From a virus (taxonomy: Duplodnaviria > Caudoviricetes), in the IMG/VR virus record IMGVR_UViG_2847680403_000002, positions 2,885 to 66,884 of that record: a DNA stretch of 64,000 bases; one strand, written 5' to 3'. Shown here piece after piece: positions 60,660 to 64,000 of the stretch (positions within the stretch are counted from its first letter, which is position 1; each line of letters starts with the position of its first letter). The notes under the pieces are model-generated. The model worked only from the letters and a program-made list of their open reading frames with translations. It made no database searches and had not been told where the DNA came from. The position numbers and the translations under genes are program-made.

Positions 60660-62462
60660 ATGCTTATGGTTGCGAGTGTTTCGACGCTTACCGATTTGCA
60701 GGCGCTTAATCCGTCAACATACACTTCCGCGATAGTGACGGGGGCGGTCGCTCGAAACGGCACGTTTGTGTGGAATTCGTCGAACCTATCCGCCTCTGTG
60801 TCTCAAGACACCATGCAAGGCATCTTCGTTCCACCTTCGACGGACACCACCGGAGCAAGCGGCGCATGGGTTCGCCAGTTTCACGACGAGATTTTTGCGG
60901 CCTGGTTTGGCGCTATTGGCGACGATGTCACCAACGACACCGCAGCTTGGCAGTGCGCCCTCAAATTTGCTGCGGGCAGAACACTTTGTGGAGAGCAGGG
61001 TAAGACATACAACCTAACCGCCGAGTTGGAGTTGCCAGACGGATGCACGTTGGCCCTGTGCAAGTCGCGGTTGAATTTCCGTATTTCGGGATCGGTGCGA
61101 TGCGTTGTTCCTGGAAACAACTGCCGCGTCTACAATGGCACCATCAAGAATTTTGGAACGACACCGGGCATCCCAGGCGACTTTCAGTGCCCGATCGCGA
61201 TCGGCAAGTTCACCGCGAACGTCTCGGTGGCAAACGTCCATGTCTTCAACATGACGATTGAGAGTGACTGGGTTGAAGGCAACGGCATCATCATCACCGC
61301 TGCGTCGAACAATATCCTGATCGAGAACATCAAATTCCCAAACAGCCCAATGTTCTGCCCGGTGCTAGCTCACTGGGGAGGAACGGCCGCGGGTACCGGG
61401 CACCCATATGACGTCATCATCAGGAACATAACTTGCGGCAACATAAACCCGGCGGGATATCTGATTTCTCTCGCGGCTGCTTACAACGTGCTCGTTGAGA
61501 ACGTGAAGGGTGGCACCTGCTACTATGGCTTCCACAACTATGCCGGCGACTTCACCAACATGTATGCGTCGGCTGATGTTAAACCCCTTGTCGGCAAGAG
61601 CATCGTCGCACGCAATATCGTAGCCATGGATGTGCAAAACGCAGGAATTTGGGTCGACGGGCAGAGCTTCAATCCCAACCTGACCAACCCGCCGGCTGTC
61701 CCTCTGGAAATGGATGGCATCATTGAAAGCTGTCGTTTCTATGGAGCCGGGGCGGTAAACCAGTCACCTGAACCAACGGCAGTCTGGGGCGCTAAACTTG
61801 CGAACTGCAGAGATCTCGAAATTAGAAACAATCATTTCGAGTGGTTTCAATATGGGGTTGTCCCTGCTGGTCCTACCGAGCGCGTCTACCTCATTGGCAA
61901 TCTGATCCGGTCATGTAAGTCAAACGGTATTGCAGTCGGCCATTCGACCTATCCGCCTGTCGACTGGGTGATCGAGAGGAACGCTCTGCAAGGAAACAAC
62001 CGCGCGGGCTACACAACTGACGACGGCGCGGCCATTTTGGTTACGTCTTCCTACAACACCAAAATCCTGGGCAACCGGATCGGCTTTGCCGGCTCCGAGT
62101 TCTCGTATTTTGGAATTCGGGTCGCTGCCTCTGCCGTTTCGCCAGTGCTTTGCGACAACTGGGTCAACAAGCTGGCTGCAAACGGTGTTGCCTATTCGAT
62201 CGGGGTGTTGACGTCTTACGATATCAACGCGAGCGGCAGTAATAACAGAGCCGCCGCAGGTATCGCTCTCTGGGGAGGTACAACATTGTTCAACAGCCTT
62301 GCAGGCCCGAGAGAAGGCGTTGCGGTCCAGGGGGCGGCGCCAACTGCCGGCACGTGGAACGCTGGAGACCGGCTGTACAGCCGAACGCCGACCTCCACTC
62401 TTATCGGGTACGTTTGCACAACAGGAGGCTCGCCTGGCACTTGGCGGTCATTTGGTAGCTGA
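60660..62462 (+). CDS. Second beta-helix tailspike/depolymerase-like protein
   Basis: GASGAWVR...WFGAIGDDVTNDTAAWQ, IxxN repeats, C-terminal PTAGTWNAGD...YVCTTGGSPGTW. Confidence 0.82.
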   Translation: MLMVASVSTLTDLQALNPSTYTSAIVTGAVARNGTFVWNSSNLSASVSQDTMQGIFVPPSTDTTGASGAWVRQFHDEIFAAWFGAIGDDVTNDTAAWQCALKFAAGRTLCGEQGKTYNLTAELELPDGCTLALCKSRLNFRISGSVRCVVPGNNCRVYNGTIKNFGTTPGIPGDFQCPIAIGKFTANVSVANVHVFNMTIESDWVEGNGIIITAASNNILIENIKFPNSPMFCPVLAHWGGTAAGTGHPYDVIIRNITCGNINPAGYLISLAAAYNVLVENVKGGTCYYGFHNYAGDFTNMYASADVKPLVGKSIVARNIVAMDVQNAGIWVDGQSFNPNLTNPPAVPLEMDGIIESCRFYGAGAVNQSPEPTAVWGAKLANCRDLEIRNNHFEWFQYGVVPAGPTERVYLIGNLIRSCKSNGIAVGHSTYPPVDWVIERNALQGNNRAGYTTDDGAAILVTSSYNTKILGNRIGFAGSEFSYFGIRVAASAVSPVLCDNWVNKLAANGVAYSIGVLTSYDINASGSNNRAAAGIALWGGTTLFNSLAGPREGVAVQGAAPTAGTWNAGDRLYSRTPTSTLIGYVCTTGGSPGTWRSFGS

Positions 62463-62730
62463 GCGTCTCCAAATGGACCGGCAGACACCTTGAGGTCGAA
62501 GGCCGGCTAAAACAGTCCCCACACCCATTCGCCCGCCAGGAATAGCGCGAACGCAACCAGCCATAGCGGGAGCATCCATAGTCCGTTGGTGAAGCTGCGG
62601 GGCAGGCGCATGACGGTATTTCAGACCAAAAACTGCGACGATGCAAAATCTGCCACGGAAATTACCACGGCACATCAACCCTGTTAGGGTAAGCGATTGT
62701 GAAGTTTGCAGAAATCTCGGCTGGAACCTT

Positions 62731-62772
62731 TGATCCCAAATCAGGTGCGCTACCAGGCTGCGCTACACTCCG
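62731..62772 (-). pseudogene. 5-prime half of tRNA-Pro(UGG); probable prophage attachment junction
   Basis: Minus strand CGGAGTGTAGCGCAGCCTGGTAGCGCACCTGATTTGGGATCA, then non-tRNA sequence with no T arm or acceptor 3-prime strand. Confidence 0.82.
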
Positions 62773-62899
62773 AGGCCGCGTGTTGCCTAGTGGGTCGCAC
62801 GCCGCAAAGCAAGCCCTAAAACCATTGGTCTTGCGGTTATTTCCATTGCGCAGTAAGCACCGGGGAGGAAACGGCGCGCAGCCGAGCAACGAGGTCTCC

Positions 62900-63205
62900 A
62901 TGTCCGCACGCATATTCAGCCCAGCCAAGACAGCGATGCAGTCGGGCAAGGCCAGAACCGGCAACTGGGTGCTTGAATTCGATCCGGAAAAGCCGCGCAA
63001 GATCGATCCGCTGATGGGTTACACCACCTCCGGTGACATGAAGAGCCAGATTCGGCTCTCCTTTGAGACGCGCGAAGAAGCGGTCGCCTATGCCGAGAAG
63101 CAGGGGCTGGCGTTCCGCGTCGAGGAACCGAAGGAAAGCAAGCGCCGGCAGATTTCCTATTCGGACAATTTCCGCTATGACCGCCGCACGCCTTGGACAC
63201 ATTGA
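62900..63205 (+). CDS. ETC complex I subunit (NDUFS4-like) host protein
   Basis: ARIFSPAKTAMQSG...DPLMGYTTSGD...F...EEAVAYA. Confidence 0.92.
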   Translation: MSARIFSPAKTAMQSGKARTGNWVLEFDPEKPRKIDPLMGYTTSGDMKSQIRLSFETREEAVAYAEKQGLAFRVEEPKESKRRQISYSDNFRYDRRTPWTH

Positions 63206-63278
63206 CTGATGATTGTTGGCTGCGAACGCAGTCGACTGCCGTTTTTTGATTCTGCTGCCCCAATCCGGGGCAGCCTGC

Positions 63279-63355
63279 GGTCCCGTAGCTCAGCTGGATA
63301 GAGCACCGGCCTTCTAAGCCGATGGTCACAGGTTCGAATCCTGTCGGGATCGCCA
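63279..63355 (+). tRNA. tRNA-Arg(UCU)
   Basis: Complete cloverleaf, anticodon loop CTTCTAA, GGTTCGAATCC, CCA end. Confidence 0.96.
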
Positions 63356-63405
63356 ATAATTTCAAAACATTACGTGCTGCTTTGAGGTTTTAGAGGCCCC
63401 CAGCC

Positions 63406-63627
63406 TTAGGGCCACTTTTTCCCTTTCAGCCCCTTCGGCTTCATCCCGTCCGCGGTCTCCATGAACTGAGCCACGGTATCGACCCATGCCGCCGTCTTCG
63501 GAGGTATTTCCGCTTCCTCGGTCAGCCATGCCTCGACCAGCGACACATCACAGCCCAGCGCCTGCGCCAGGGTTTCAGGCGACCAGCGGACAATCGACAG
63601 ACATTCTTCGAGCCGTTCAGGTGTCAT
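63406..63627 (-). CDS. Small HTH-like protein
   Basis: MTPERLEECLSIVRWSPETLAQALGC...W. Confidence 0.65.
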   Translation of the reverse strand: MTPERLEECLSIVRWSPETLAQALGCDVSLVEAWLTEEAEIPPKTAAWVDTVAQFMETADGMKPKGLKGKKWP

Positions 63628-63661
63628 CGCAAGGTGTCGTCCTGTTTCATCCGTGGCTTCC

Positions 63662-64000
63662 TCAATTCGAAACCGCCTGCAGTTCCTTCGGCAGGGGCTG
63701 ACTGGAGCATCGCATATGCATGTCGCGGGCAATCTGCTTGCGCTGCTTGTCCTGATGTTCCTTGATGGCGAGCGCAATCCCGATTCCGTACGGGCCAAGC
63801 AAGAGGCCAGGTGCCAGCTTACGGGTCTCTTTCTCCTTGGCTTCAAAAGCCACAGCAGTCGCTCGAACCTGTTGACACTGCTTCGATCGCCATTTGGGAT
63901 CTTTGGTCGAGAGCGTGGCTGCGTAATTGGTCGGGGATGTCGCGCAGGCGGAAACGAGTGCCATCAGCAGGACTGCTGTTCCCGTCCATATTCGATCCAT
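63662..64000 (-). CDS. Putative lipoprotein
   Basis: Lipobox LVSAC. Confidence 0.65.
   Translation of the reverse strand: MDRIWTGTAVLLMALVSACATSPTNYAATLSTKDPKWRSKQCQQVRATAVAFEAKEKETRKLAPGLLLGPYGIGIALAIKEHQDKQRKQIARDMHMRCSSQPLPKELQAVSN

Larger units (their letters stand above)
1..62730. mobile_element. Temperate prophage (siphovirus-like, lambdoid organisation); left end and integrase outside window
   Basis: Contiguous recombination, cI/cro, replication, terminase, portal, capsid, tail, tape measure and lysis modules, ending at a split tRNA-Pro next to host-type genes. Confidence 0.95.

Noticed and set aside
47270-62462. Invertible tail-fibre switch between the two spikes
   Set aside because: Same strand, no invertase and no flanking inverted repeats noticed
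62699-62899. N-terminal extension of the ETC complex I subunit ORF
   Set aside because: Overlaps the tRNA fragment and promoter; RBS and family start support ATG 62900
1-64000. Self-target for the pentamer NN string
   Set aside because: By-eye checks of AT-rich regions (7216-7260, 7640-7700, 10610-10680, 50760-50810, 59220-59290) found no match; not exhaustive
63356-64000. Second integrated element at tRNA-Arg
   Set aside because: AT-rich tail after the tRNA is suggestive, but no integrase or repeat is visible in the remaining sequence

Overview
Positions 1 to ~62730 are most of a temperate siphovirus-like prophage in a GC-rich alphaproteobacterium. The host is probably Rhizobiaceae, judging from DUF982 genes, a GAAC-N7-GAAC LexA box and the flanking tRNA-Pro / ETC complex I subunit / tRNA-Arg locus. 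Gene order: leftward early operon (RecE/RecT-like, HNH); immunity region with OL/OR-like operators, cI and cro; rightward early operon (ParB-like, helicase-methylase, RuvC-like, C5-methylase, DnaB-like); packaging, head and tail genes; an accessory cassette; lysis genes; an SOS/SRAP cluster; a second beta-helix spike; and a right junction inside tRNA-Pro(UGG). The integrase and left junction are outside the window. The best candidate for an unusual system lies between tail and lysis genes (52326-53676): a solo Cas7/RAMP-like gene, a translationally coupled partner, and a non-coding array of GGY-NN pentamers closed by a terminator, with no CRISPR array or other cas genes. Other notable signals are sense-strand bridge ORFs phased across antisense morons, a proteasome-beta-like Ntn hydrolase in the immunity region, GGAT-loop hairpins before the scaffold and capsid genes, and a 5-prime-half tRNA at the att site. 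All family calls are by-eye motif recognition, not database searches.
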